From: Candidatus Magasanikiibacteriota bacterium
Lineage (GTDB): Bacteria > Patescibacteriota > Patescibacteriia > Magasanikbacterales > UBA922
Assembly: GCA_003510435.1 (NCBI GenBank)
Contig: DOMK01000013.1
Coordinates: 12,135-76,134 of the forward strand
Direction: 5' to 3'
DNA: 64,000 bases
This document shows positions 18,640-28,292 of the stretch, piece after piece. Within the stretch, counting starts at the first letter, position 1; each line of letters begins with the position of its first letter. The translations under genes were made by a program, and so were the position numbers. Under the pieces are notes generated by a model. The model was not told the origin of the DNA, did no database searches, and saw only the letters and a list, made by a program, of their open reading frames with translations.

Positions 18640-19311
18640 ATGAAAAATCTAACCACCAAACAAACAATCTTCACAATTTTATTCATCCTCGCTGGTTTTG
18701 GCCTCATGCAAATCCCGTTTACAAAAATTATTGGTTCTAGTTTAAAATTTTCCTTATTTGATTTTTACGGTCCAATTGCTGGCAGTTTTGTTGGGTCAAT
18801 CTGGGGTCTAATTGTCGTGGGTGCGATGCAATTAATTAATTGGGGTTGGCATGGTTTTACTTTGGACGTTTCAACTATAATTCGTCTTTTCCCAGTTTTA
18901 TTTTCTGTTCTTTACTTTGCTCGCAAATCAAAATGGATGATACTTGTTCCAGCGGTTTGTATGATTGCTTTTTGGGCCAATCCTGAAGGAAGAAATGCTT
19001 GGCCATATGCGCTGTATTGGTTAATTCCAATCGCTTCATATTTCTGGCATGAAAAATCAATTATCCTCCGCGCCCTTGGTACCACTTTTACTGCTCACGC
19101 TGTGGGTGGAGCTCTGTGGGTTTGGTTCATTGGTATGAAATCTGAAATCTGGATGAGTCTAATTCCAATCGTTTGGAAAGAAAGAGGTCTCATGGCCATT
19201 GGCATTGTCGTCACTTACATTGTATTCAACTATTTATTTAGTATGGTAGTTAATAAATTTCACATTCAATTGCCATTTGTAAAATTGAATCCAAAATATT
19301 CATTAAAATAA
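18640..19311 (+). CDS. Multi-pass membrane protein, possible ECF S component
   Basis: About 6-7 TM helices, P-I-A-G-x-x-x-G-x-x-x-G motif; upstream of folC. Confidence 0.55.
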   Translation: MKNLTTKQTIFTILFILAGFGLMQIPFTKIIGSSLKFSLFDFYGPIAGSFVGSIWGLIVVGAMQLINWGWHGFTLDVSTIIRLFPVLFSVLYFARKSKWMILVPAVCMIAFWANPEGRNAWPYALYWLIPIASYFWHEKSIILRALGTTFTAHAVGGALWVWFIGMKSEIWMSLIPIVWKERGLMAIGIVVTYIVFNYLFSMVVNKFHIQLPFVKLNPKYSLK

Positions 19312-19355
19312 AAAAATAAAAAACACCCCGACAACAGATCGGGGTGATTTAATTT

Positions 19356-20738
19356 ATGAATTTTGATCAAGCCTACAATTTCATTCTTTCTTTAAGCAAC
19401 CTACCACGAAAAGAATACATGACCGATCCACGACATTGTGGTTGGTATCTTAAACGTCTACAATTTTTTTTAGATTTAATAGGCAATCCAGAAAAGAAAA
19501 TCCCCCACTATATTCATGTGACCGGTACGAGTGGTAAAGGTTCGGTGACAGCCTATCTACATTCTATTCTTCAGGCTTCTGGAAATAAAGTTGGTTCCAC
19601 CTACTCTCCCCACCCCACCATAATTACTGAACGCTGGAAAGTGGAAAACAAATTCATGACCAAAAAAGAATTTGCTGAGATTGTTGAATATATAAAGCCA
19701 AAACTTGATGAATACATTGCCAAAACTCCTTATGACATGTTATCTTTTTTTGAAGTCACAGAAGCGATTGGTCTATTATTTTTTGCAAGAAAAAAAATAA
19801 AATGGGCCGTAATGGAAGTAGCTTGTGGCGGTCGAACTGATGCGAGTAATATTATTCCTTGGAAAGATGTAGCTATAATAACAAATATTGGCGTAGACCA
19901 TATCGGAGTTCTAGGTAATAACAAAAAAGAAATTGCCTATGAAAAAGCTGGCATAATCAAAAAAGGCTCCAGTGTTTTTACCATGGAAAAAAATTCTCAG
20001 ATAAGAAAAATGATTGAAAATGAATGTAAAATACAAAAAATTAAAAACTACTATTATATAAAATCTGGCAAGTTATCAAATGCTGGCATAAACTCAAATG
20101 GCAGTACTTTCGCTTATCATGACGAAACTTTTCAGACTCACGCTCTTGGCCAACATCAAATAAAAAACATTATTCTCTGTATAGAAGTAGCCAAACATTT
20201 AAAAATTTCTACTCATGACATCCAAAAAGGCTTGGGCCATGTCTACCAGCCACTAAGAATGGAAGTCATAAACAAACATCCATTAATAATCTTAGATGGT
20301 GCCCACAATCCTGACAAAATGAGAACCACAGTTGATACACTCAAGCACCTTAGCACCCAAACACCCGAGCACCAGTCTAAAAACTATAACCTACCTGCCC
20401 GCGATGCTAATGCAAGCGTTGCAGGCGGGAAACCTAAAACCTGTAATCTACATTTAATCGTCGGTTTTTCTGGAGACAAAAATATTTCTAAAATGATAAA
20501 ACAACTAGCAACTCTTAAACCAAAAACTATTGCTATTACCAGAAATACCACTAACCCTTTTCGCAAGGTCGCTGATCTACAAATAGTGACCAAATCATTT
20601 AAAAAGTTATTACCAAAAGCTCAAATAAAAATATTTCTTGATCCTCAGACAGCGTTTGACTGGAGTAAAAAACAAACCAAAAAAAATGATATTCTTCTCT
20701 CTACTGGTTCTATCTTTACCAGTGGACAATTGAGGTAA
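19356..20738 (+). CDS. folC: Folylpolyglutamate synthase/dihydrofolate synthase
   Basis: HVTGTSGKGS, EVACGGRTD, DHIGVLG, EKAGI, LDGAHN, TGSIF. Confidence 0.9.
   Translation: MNFDQAYNFILSLSNLPRKEYMTDPRHCGWYLKRLQFFLDLIGNPEKKIPHYIHVTGTSGKGSVTAYLHSILQASGNKVGSTYSPHPTIITERWKVENKFMTKKEFAEIVEYIKPKLDEYIAKTPYDMLSFFEVTEAIGLLFFARKKIKWAVMEVACGGRTDASNIIPWKDVAIITNIGVDHIGVLGNNKKEIAYEKAGIIKKGSSVFTMEKNSQIRKMIENECKIQKIKNYYYIKSGKLSNAGINSNGSTFAYHDETFQTHALGQHQIKNIILCIEVAKHLKISTHDIQKGLGHVYQPLRMEVINKHPLIILDGAHNPDKMRTTVDTLKHLSTQTPEHQSKNYNLPARDANASVAGGKPKTCNLHLIVGFSGDKNISKMIKQLATLKPKTIAITRNTTNPFRKVADLQIVTKSFKKLLPKAQIKIFLDPQTAFDWSKKQTKKNDILLSTGSIFTSGQLR
20394..20429 (+). repeat. 36-bp palindromic element, in frame in folC
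   Basis: CCTGCCCGCGATGCTAATGCAAGCGTTGCAGGCGGG; 33/36 identical to 34419-34454 (minus strand). Confidence 0.85.
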
Positions 20739-20778
20739 AATTGACAATTCATTCTAAACCAGGTAAACTGGATGTCAT

Positions 20779-23049
20779 ATGTCAAAACTTGTCATAGTAG
20801 AATCTCCTACTAAAGCCAAAACAATTTCCAAATTCTTGGGTTCAGGATTCGTGGTCGAATCCTCTTTTGGTCATTTACGCGATTTACCAAAAAGCAAAAT
20901 GGGAATTGATATTGAAGGTGGCACTTTTGAACCAGACTATGTCATTCCTAAAGATAAAGCTCCTCAAGTAAAAAAACTAAAAGATTTAGCCAAAAAAAGC
21001 AGTGAAATCATATTCGCCACTGACGAGGATCGCGAAGGTGAAGCCATTTCTTGGCATTTAGCCAAGATTTTTGAAGTAGACCCTAGCCAGGCCAAAAGAA
21101 TTGCTTTTCATGAAATTACCAAAACTGCCATAGAAGAAGCTTTGGCACATCCTAGAAATATTGATCAAAAACTGGTAGATGCTCAACAAGCACGGAGAAT
21201 CTTGGATCGTTTGGTTGGTTATGAACTATCACCAATGCTTTGGAAAAAAGTGGCTCGCGGTCTATCGGCCGGACGGGTTCAGTCTGTAGCTGTCAGATTG
21301 GTAGTAGAAAAAGAACGAGAAATTAAAAAATTTGTACCAGAAGAATATTGGTCTTTGGATGGAATTTTTAACAAACTTAATGATGAACAAACATTTTTGG
21401 CCAAGCTATATTCAGTTGCGGGCAAAAAATTAGATCATCTAGATTTAAAAAACGGTGAGGAAGTAGATAAAATTATAACTGATTTAAAAACTGCTGAATA
21501 TTTTATTTCTGATATTAATGAGAGAGAAGCTAAACGTACTCCCCCGCCACCATTTACCACTTCCACTTTACAGCAGGCTGGCAATCAAAAATTAGGCTAT
21601 TCTTCCAAACAAATTATGCGTTTGGCCCAACAACTTTATGAAGGTGTAGAAATTGGTACTGGTGGCCAAGTTGGTCTCATCACCTACATGCGCACAGATT
21701 CATTAAATCTATCTGACAAATTTATTGATGAAACTAATAATTTTATCAAACAAAATTTTGGTGCAGACTACTGTCTAGACAAAGCCAGGCGTTATAAAAA
21801 CAAAAGTAAGAATGCTCAGGAAGCTCATGAAGCCATTCGCCCCACTGACCCAAACATAAAACCAGACGCGATTAAAGACTATCTATCTCCTCAACAATAT
21901 AGACTTTATTCTCTAATTTGGAAACGAGCTGTCGCTACCCAGATGGCTGTCGCTCAACTAAACAAAGTCTCGGTTATAATTTCTGCCAATCAATACCAAT
22001 TTAAAGCTTCTGGTCAATCTATTAAATTTGCTGGCTGGTTAAAATTATACCCAGACAGTATCAAGGAAGAAATGCTCCCCAATCTTGAATTGAAAGAAAA
22101 AATCAATTGTGCCGAATTAAAATCTGAACAACATTTTACTGAACCACCTGCTCGCTATTCTGATGCGACATTAGTAAAAATTATGGAAGAATATGGCATT
22201 GGCCGACCATCTACCTATGCCCCAACTATTGCGACGATTGAAGCCCGTGGTTATGTAGAGAGGGATGAAAATAAAAAACTTAAACCAAATGATATTGCTT
22301 TTGTAGTTAATGATCTGCTAGTAGAACATTTTTCTAAAATTGTAGACTATCAATTTACGGCTCAACTAGAAGAAAACTTGGATGAAATTGCTCTGGGTAC
22401 AAAAGATTGGCAACCAATCATTGCGACTTTTTATTCTGAATTCCACAATAACTTAGTCCAAAAAAATGATGAACTAACCAAAGAAAATACTGTTGGCATG
22501 CGAGAACTGGGCACTGATCCAAAATCTGGCAAACCAATTTATGTGCGCATTGGCCGGTTTGGACCATACGTCCAAAAAGGTTCAAAAGATGACGAGGAAA
22601 AACCAGCCTTTGCTTCTCTAAAAAAAGATCAGAGCATAGAAACTGTCACTCTAGCTGATGCTTTGGAATTATTCAAACTCCCCCGAATTTTGGGACAAGA
22701 TGAAGATGGACATGATATTATTGCTAATATTGGACGTTATGGACCGTATGTTCAAGTAGAAAAAAAATATTACTCTATAAAAGAAAAAGATCCTTACACA
22801 ATAGAATTGGCTGATGCCTTACAAATTATTAAAGATGCTAAAGAAGTAGAGGCTAATAAAATTATTAAAGCATTTACTGACTCAACCATTCAAATATTAA
22901 ACGGACGTTATGGTCCATACATTACTGACGGCACAAAAAATGCCAAAATCCCCAAAGATAAAGAACCGTCTGAACTTACTCTGGAAGAATGTGATGACCT
23001 AATAAAAAATGCCCCGGATAAAAAAACAAAATGGAGACGAAAAAAATAA
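20779..23049 (+). CDS. topA: DNA topoisomerase I with C-terminal GRF/YGPY repeats
   Basis: IVESPTKA, DEDREGE, SAGRVQS, ITYMRTDS, AHEAIRPT. Confidence 0.96.
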   Translation: MSKLVIVESPTKAKTISKFLGSGFVVESSFGHLRDLPKSKMGIDIEGGTFEPDYVIPKDKAPQVKKLKDLAKKSSEIIFATDEDREGEAISWHLAKIFEVDPSQAKRIAFHEITKTAIEEALAHPRNIDQKLVDAQQARRILDRLVGYELSPMLWKKVARGLSAGRVQSVAVRLVVEKEREIKKFVPEEYWSLDGIFNKLNDEQTFLAKLYSVAGKKLDHLDLKNGEEVDKIITDLKTAEYFISDINEREAKRTPPPPFTTSTLQQAGNQKLGYSSKQIMRLAQQLYEGVEIGTGGQVGLITYMRTDSLNLSDKFIDETNNFIKQNFGADYCLDKARRYKNKSKNAQEAHEAIRPTDPNIKPDAIKDYLSPQQYRLYSLIWKRAVATQMAVAQLNKVSVIISANQYQFKASGQSIKFAGWLKLYPDSIKEEMLPNLELKEKINCAELKSEQHFTEPPARYSDATLVKIMEEYGIGRPSTYAPTIATIEARGYVERDENKKLKPNDIAFVVNDLLVEHFSKIVDYQFTAQLEENLDEIALGTKDWQPIIATFYSEFHNNLVQKNDELTKENTVGMRELGTDPKSGKPIYVRIGRFGPYVQKGSKDDEEKPAFASLKKDQSIETVTLADALELFKLPRILGQDEDGHDIIANIGRYGPYVQVEKKYYSIKEKDPYTIELADALQIIKDAKEVEANKIIKAFTDSTIQILNGRYGPYITDGTKNAKIPKDKEPSELTLEECDDLIKNAPDKKTKWRRKK

Positions 23050-23050
23050 A

Positions 23051-23166
23051 CACGGAAATCACGGAAAATAAGGAGCATACGGAAAAAAATAAAAGAATAT
23101 TTGAGAGCAGACAAACATGTCTGTTCTTTTATTCCGTGCAATTCCTATCTTCCTTATTTCCGTGTA
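23051..23166. repeat. Imperfect inverted repeat of about 9-nt periodic units (ACGGAA/TTCCGT)
   Basis: cacggaaatcacggaaaataaggagcatacggaa ... ttccgtgcaattcctatcttccttatttccgtg; a half copy lies at about 36850-36899. Confidence 0.7.
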
Positions 23167-23167
23167 T

Positions 23168-23257
23168 AAAAAACACCACTACAAGTGGCGTCCTTTAGTA
23201 GCGGCGAGGAGGATGCCTCAATGCCATTGGTGATGTTAAGGCTCTCTTACCGCTACG
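23168..23257 (-). ncRNA. Candidate small structured RNA B
   Basis: TTGCTT-17-TATAGT promoter (23292-23264); GTAGCGG/CCGCTAC closing stem; terminator hairpin plus T tract. Confidence 0.55.
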
Positions 23258-23334
23258 GTCATAACTATAACAATAAATTCTCAAAAAAGCAAGATTTGAC
23301 CAAAAACACCAGTAATTTTAAAAAAATACAAAAG

Positions 23335-23400
23335 AAAAACCCCCGTCATACGACTGGGGTTTATCTTAGGCTTTTAGGTTTCCTGACCTTAACATCACTG
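23335..23400 (-). ncRNA. Candidate small RNA A
   Basis: TTGACA-17-TATATT promoter (23434-23406); terminator AACCCCAGTC..GACGGGGGTTTT. Confidence 0.5.
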
Positions 23401-23531
23401 ACCACAATATACCATATTTTTACCAGTTTGTCAAGATCTTGCACCTCATCTTAAGTAAAAATTATGTATTTTTAGCCTAATTTTATATATAAAACTTGCA
23501 AAATTCATTAAAATTTGATACAAATAAAGGT

Positions 23532-25019
23532 ATGCCAAACAAAAAACAAACAATTGAATCTTTACTCGAAAAAGTAAAAACATACACAAAAAAAGCTGAT
23601 CTAGATATAATCCGCCTAGCTTATGATTTTGCTGATAATGCCCACAATGGTCAGACTAGAAAATCTGGCGAACCATACATTGTTCATCCTTTAGCTACGG
23701 CTCACTTTTTGGCGGACATGCGGATTGACCCCGTCATCTTAACTGCCGCCCTACTCCATGATGTCCCAGAAGATACTGATGTCACGTTGGATGAAATAGA
23801 AAAAAACTTTGGCTCAGAAATTGCGTCACTAGTTCAAGGAATTACCAAATTAGGAAAATTAAAATATCGCGGAGTGGAACGCTATATCGAAAACCTGCGT
23901 AAAATGTTTGTGGCTATGGCCGAAGATGTTCGCGTTATGATTATCAAATTTGCTGATCGGATCCACAATCTGACAACTTTGGGAGCACTACCACCCCAAA
24001 AACAATACCGCATTGCCTTGGAAAGTTTAGAAATTTATGCGCCAATTGCTAATCGTTTGGGTATAGGAGAAATCAAGGGTATTTTAGAAGATCTGTCTTT
24101 TGAATATGTCTACCCAAAAGAATATCAGAGAGTAAAACAAATTAGAGATGAAAAACTCAAAGGCAAGGATGAATTTTTAAGACAAATTCAAGAAGATATA
24201 AAAAATGAATTGTTAAATACTGGTATAAAGACAGTTTCGATTGACGGCAGAAATAAAAGATTATATAGTTTATACCAAAAACTCCAACGTAAAGATCATG
24301 ATATTACTCAAGTTTATGACTTGGTGGCTATTAGAATTATTGTTCCAACCATTGCCGATTGTTATGCTTCCTTAGGTATATTACACAAACATTGGCGACC
24401 ACTAAAAGGCAGAATAAAAGATTATATTTCCCAACCAAAACCAAATGGTTACCAATCACTCCACACCACTGTCTTTTCTGATAATGGAGAAATTATTGAA
24501 TTTCAAATTAGAACTCCAGAGATGCATGATGATGCTGAATATGGTGTTGCTGCTCATTGGCACTACGACGAACATTGTTCAAAACGTCCGGCCAGAGAAA
24601 TCACTTGGATAAAAGAACTAGCTGAAATTCAAAAGGATATTTTAAATAAATTATCAGATTTAGAAGAAATAAAAATAGATTTTTTACAAAATAGAATTTT
24701 CGTTTTCACCCCCAAAGGTGACGTGATTGATTTACCTGAAGGTGCCACTCCAGTTGATTTTGCTTATCATATTCACACCGACATTGGTGATAAATGCAAT
24801 GGCGCCAGAATAAATGAACAAATGGCTAGTCTAGATACTGAATTAAAAAATGGTGACGTAATAGAAATTGTGATAGATAAAAATCGCAAAGGCCCTAGCC
24901 AAGATTGGTTAAATTTTATAAAAACTCATACTGCCAAAACTCATGTGACCAATTATCTAAAAGACAAACAAAAAGGCAAAATTGCTGACTGGTTTAAATA
25001 TGTTCTGCCAAAAAAATAG
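23532..25019 (+). CDS. RelA/SpoT homolog (HD, synthetase and TGS domains; no ACT)
   Basis: RKSGEPYIVHP, LLHDVPED, KDYISQPKPNGYQSLHT, EFQIRT, VFTPKG; ATG at 23532. Confidence 0.92.
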   Translation: MPNKKQTIESLLEKVKTYTKKADLDIIRLAYDFADNAHNGQTRKSGEPYIVHPLATAHFLADMRIDPVILTAALLHDVPEDTDVTLDEIEKNFGSEIASLVQGITKLGKLKYRGVERYIENLRKMFVAMAEDVRVMIIKFADRIHNLTTLGALPPQKQYRIALESLEIYAPIANRLGIGEIKGILEDLSFEYVYPKEYQRVKQIRDEKLKGKDEFLRQIQEDIKNELLNTGIKTVSIDGRNKRLYSLYQKLQRKDHDITQVYDLVAIRIIVPTIADCYASLGILHKHWRPLKGRIKDYISQPKPNGYQSLHTTVFSDNGEIIEFQIRTPEMHDDAEYGVAAHWHYDEHCSKRPAREITWIKELAEIQKDILNKLSDLEEIKIDFLQNRIFVFTPKGDVIDLPEGATPVDFAYHIHTDIGDKCNGARINEQMASLDTELKNGDVIEIVIDKNRKGPSQDWLNFIKTHTAKTHVTNYLKDKQKGKIADWFKYVLPKK

Positions 25020-25125
25020 CATTGATTTCACTGATTAATAAATGATTACACAGAAAAACTCCTCAACAAATGTTGAGGAGTTTTTTAATCTGCGAAATCA
25101 TTTTTCAAAATCAGTGAAATCAATG
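25020..25125. repeat. Family-A inverted repeat enclosing a bidirectional terminator
   Basis: Perfect 17-bp IR CATTGATTTCACTGATT (25020-25036 / 25109-25125); inner aaaaactcctcaaca-aa-tgttgaggagtttttt. Confidence 0.88.
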
Positions 25126-25127
25126 TT

Positions 25128-25991
25128 TTAACTCAATTCGCTTATCAATCTCTTCAACTCTTCTTTAGAATAATATTCCACCACAATTGTCCCCTTTTCA
25201 CCTTTTTGGGTTATGTAAACCTTAGTACCCAATCTCTCTTCCAAAACTTGCTCAGCCGATATTAAATTTGGATCACGCCGAACAGAACCCTTGCGTGAAC
25301 CTGGTCCTTTTTGCGCTATTACTTGTTCCACATCTCTCACAGTCATCTTCTCACCCATCATACTGGCAAAAACATCTAGTTGTTCTTTTTCATCTCTAAG
25401 ACTTAAAAGAGACTTGGCTTTACCGACACTAATTTTATTATCAATCAAAGCTTTTTGAATTACTTCTGGCAAAGACAACAGACGAACTAAATTGGCAACC
25501 GAAGAACGACTCTTACCAACTTGTTCAGACACATCTTCTTGAGTAAGACCAAATTCATCAATTAACCTCTGATAAGCAAAAGCTTCTTCAACTGGATTAA
25601 GATCTTGACGTTGAATATTTTCTATCAAAGCTAATTCTAATTTTTGCTGTTGATTGGCACTGCGAACAATTGCTGGGACAGTGGCCAAACCAGCAATGGC
25701 AGACGCTCGTAAACGCCTTTCACCAGCAATCAATTCATAACCACCGTCAGACTTTTCTGTCACGACTAGTGGTTGTAAAATGCCGTGTTTTTTAATTGAA
25801 GCTACCAAATCTTCCAAATCAGAATGAGAAAATTCTCGACGTGGCTGTTCAGAATTAGGTACGATTTCTGAAATTGGAATATGCCAAATTTTATCATTAT
25901 CATTATTAAGAATACCTGTTTCGCGATGAATCATTTTTCTAAAAGTGCTTTGCTGTGGTATAAGTGAATTGAGTCCTTTACCTAGAGCCAT
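25128..25991 (-). CDS. parB: Chromosome partitioning protein ParB
   Basis: ALGKGL, QPR, GILQP, AGERRLRA, ENIQRQDL, HTH. Confidence 0.95.
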   Translation of the reverse strand: MALGKGLNSLIPQQSTFRKMIHRETGILNNDNDKIWHIPISEIVPNSEQPRREFSHSDLEDLVASIKKHGILQPLVVTEKSDGGYELIAGERRLRASAIAGLATVPAIVRSANQQQKLELALIENIQRQDLNPVEEAFAYQRLIDEFGLTQEDVSEQVGKSRSSVANLVRLLSLPEVIQKALIDNKISVGKAKSLLSLRDEKEQLDVFASMMGEKMTVRDVEQVIAQKGPGSRKGSVRRDPNLISAEQVLEERLGTKVYITQKGEKGTIVVEYYSKEELKRLISELS

Positions 25992-26204
25992 ATTTTTTAC
26001 TAATCCCGAACCCGCCGTAGTCCGTCAGCTGACGGACGAAGGTGGGGAGGGATCCCTTTTCTATGAATCAAAGGCTGGATTACACCCAAACCTTCGTACC
26101 AGTCGAAAGCGAGATCTCTCCACTCGGAGTTAAATTTATTAATTAATTATTCTATGAAAGTTTTATTATTATTTGGCGTCATGATGACACGGAAAAGGGA
26201 TTCC

Positions 26205-26978
26205 TCACTGACGTTCGGAATGAAGGGAAATAATCTCTCTTGCTAGTCTTTCATAAGCCTTAGCGCCTTTTCCATTGGGATCATAATGAAATATTGACTG
26301 ACCAAAACTTGGGGCTTCGGCCAGACGAACGGTACGAGGAATTACTGTACGAAAAATTGTATCAGGAAAATATTTATACAATTCATTCATAATATCCTCT
26401 GACAATTTGGTTCGTTTATCAAACATAGTAATCACGGCTCCCAAAATACCAAGCTCAGGCTTGATATGAGTTTGGATAAGATTGATTGTTTTTAATAACT
26501 GACCTAAACCCTCTAAAGCATAATATTCTGCCTGAACTGGAATAAGAAGTTCGTCAGCTGCCACCAAACTATTGATAGTCAACAAACCCAAAGACGGCGG
26601 ACAATCAATAATAATATAATCATAAGCATGCTTTAATTCTTCTAATAAATCAGCCAATTGAAATTCACGCCTCTCAACATCCACCAGTTCAATATTAGCC
26701 CCAGCTAGATTTTCTGTACTAGGAGCAATTCGCAAACCTTCATGGGCAGTATTTTTTATAATATCATGAATCCTTTTCTGTTTTGCTAGAGCCTCATAAA
26801 TACCATATTCCACATTATCTTTATTTAAACCCAAACCACTAGAAGCATTAGCTTGTGGATCCATGTCAACCAATAACACAAAATAGCCCAATTCTGATAA
26901 AACAGCGGCCAGATTCATGGCAGTAGTCGTCTTTCCTACTCCGCCTTTTTGATTAACAACAGAAATTACTTTTCCCAT
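26205..26978 (-). CDS. parA: Chromosome partitioning ATPase ParA/Soj
   Basis: NQKGGVGKTT, DMDPQAN, DCPPSLG, LAEAPSFG; start MGKVISVV. Confidence 0.95.
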   Translation of the reverse strand: MGKVISVVNQKGGVGKTTTAMNLAAVLSELGYFVLLVDMDPQANASSGLGLNKDNVEYGIYEALAKQKRIHDIIKNTAHEGLRIAPSTENLAGANIELVDVERREFQLADLLEELKHAYDYIIIDCPPSLGLLTINSLVAADELLIPVQAEYYALEGLGQLLKTINLIQTHIKPELGILGAVITMFDKRTKLSEDIMNELYKYFPDTIFRTVIPRTVRLAEAPSFGQSIFHYDPNGKGAKAYERLAREIISLHSERQ

Positions 26979-26998
26979 ATCACATATTATAGCAAATA

Positions 26999-27027
26999 TT
27001 GACAAAAAAACCAAGATAACTTATAAT
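26999..27027 (+). promoter_or_regulatory. Consensus sigma70 promoter for the tRNA-Leu locus
   Basis: TTGACA-17 bp-TATAAT. Confidence 0.8.
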
Positions 27028-27044
27028 GTATCCACAAAAGATAT

Positions 27045-27140
27045 GCCCAGATGCCTGCCTGCCGACGAGGCAGGGCGGAACTGGTACCATGAACCACAAG
27101 GATTCATGACCATACACCCCACGTGGTGCATGGGACGCAC
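27045..27140 (+). pseudogene. 5' copy of tRNA-Leu interrupted by two palindromic insertions
   Basis: GCCCAGATG[21 bp]GCGGAACTGGTA[47 bp]GACGCAC equals nt 1-28 of the adjacent tRNA. Confidence 0.8.
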
Positions 27141-27170
27141 AGTATTATTTACAAGAACACAACCAAATAT

Positions 27171-27257
27171 GCCCAGATGGCGGAACTGGTAGACGCACTG
27201 GACTCAAAATCCAGCGGTCGCAAGACCATGAGGGTTCGATTCCCTCTTTGGGCACCA
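27171..27257 (+). tRNA. tRNA-Leu(CAA)
   Basis: CTGGA-CTCAAAA-TCCAG anticodon arm, long variable arm, GGTTCGA, CCA. Confidence 0.95.
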
Positions 27258-27264
27258 CAATATT

Positions 27265-28233
27265 ATGCAACTATTTTTTGACCTACTAATTGCTATAATA
27301 ATTATTATAACTGCATTCCCTGCGGTTATTTTATTGTATTCTAGAAAAATTAGAAAGAATTGCTGGGAATATAAGCACAAAAAATCTTCACTAACTATCT
27401 CTATTATTCTACTATTTTTTACTGCTTTAACCGTTTATGGGAGTTTTGTAGAACCAAATTTTCTGATTGTAAATAAGTATAACATTGATTTGCCTAATAT
27501 AAATGAACCAATAAAAATTGTTCTAATCTCTGATCTACAAGCTGGAAAATATAAACAAACAAATTGGACAAAAAAAGTAGTAAATAAAATTTTAACTCTA
27601 ACGCCTGACTTGATATTTATTGGTGGCGATCAAATAGATAATGAAAATTATAATTTTATTGAATTAAGTTATTTGGAACCTTTTAAAAAATTAAGCAACC
27701 AGATCCCTACTTATGCTATTAACGGCAATCATGAATATGGTGTCTCGTGTTTTTATGGTATAAACGAAAAATGTTCTCAAACTGGTGATATGAGTGCAGA
27801 AACCAAAAATGTTTTTGAAAAATTAAACATCAAATATTTAATAAATCAAACTGAAAAAATTACTATAAACAGTTCATCATTTTATCTTTTTGGTGGAGAT
27901 GAATATTGGGCCAAAAAACTAGATTTTTCTAATCTAAAAAATAGAAAAGAAAACATTCCAACCATTGCTCTAATTCACAATCCCTCTTTTATTTTAGACA
28001 ATCATCCATTTTTTGATCTAGTCTTATCGGGCCATACTCATGGCGGACAAATTCGTTTGCCTTTTGTCGGTCCAATTGGGAGAGTAGATAATATTTTACC
28101 AAGTAAATATTATCAAGGAGTACAAGAACTAAGTGACAATACAAAATTATTAGTGACGAGTGGTGTAGGTGAAACTGGAGTACGAGCTAGATTATTCAAT
28201 CCGCCAGAAATTGTATTAATTACTATAAAATAA
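27265..28233 (+). CDS. Membrane-anchored metallophosphoesterase
   Basis: SDLQ, GGDQID, GNHE, HNP, SGHTHGGQ. Confidence 0.9.
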   Translation: MQLFFDLLIAIIIIITAFPAVILLYSRKIRKNCWEYKHKKSSLTISIILLFFTALTVYGSFVEPNFLIVNKYNIDLPNINEPIKIVLISDLQAGKYKQTNWTKKVVNKILTLTPDLIFIGGDQIDNENYNFIELSYLEPFKKLSNQIPTYAINGNHEYGVSCFYGINEKCSQTGDMSAETKNVFEKLNIKYLINQTEKITINSSSFYLFGGDEYWAKKLDFSNLKNRKENIPTIALIHNPSFILDNHPFFDLVLSGHTHGGQIRLPFVGPIGRVDNILPSKYYQGVQELSDNTKLLVTSGVGETGVRARLFNPPEIVLITIK

Positions 28234-28292
28234 ATCCCGATCTTATCGGGATTTTTTAATCAAATATTCTGGCCAAACTTTTTTCTTTATTA

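Noticed and set aside
23335-23400. SRP RNA
   Set aside because: It contains GGTCAGG but lacks the GNRA-capped helix and AGCAG partner of SRP domain IV.
23185-23454. 89-aa plus-strand ORF
   Set aside because: It has no recognisable features and overlaps two minus-strand promoter/terminator units better explained as small RNAs.
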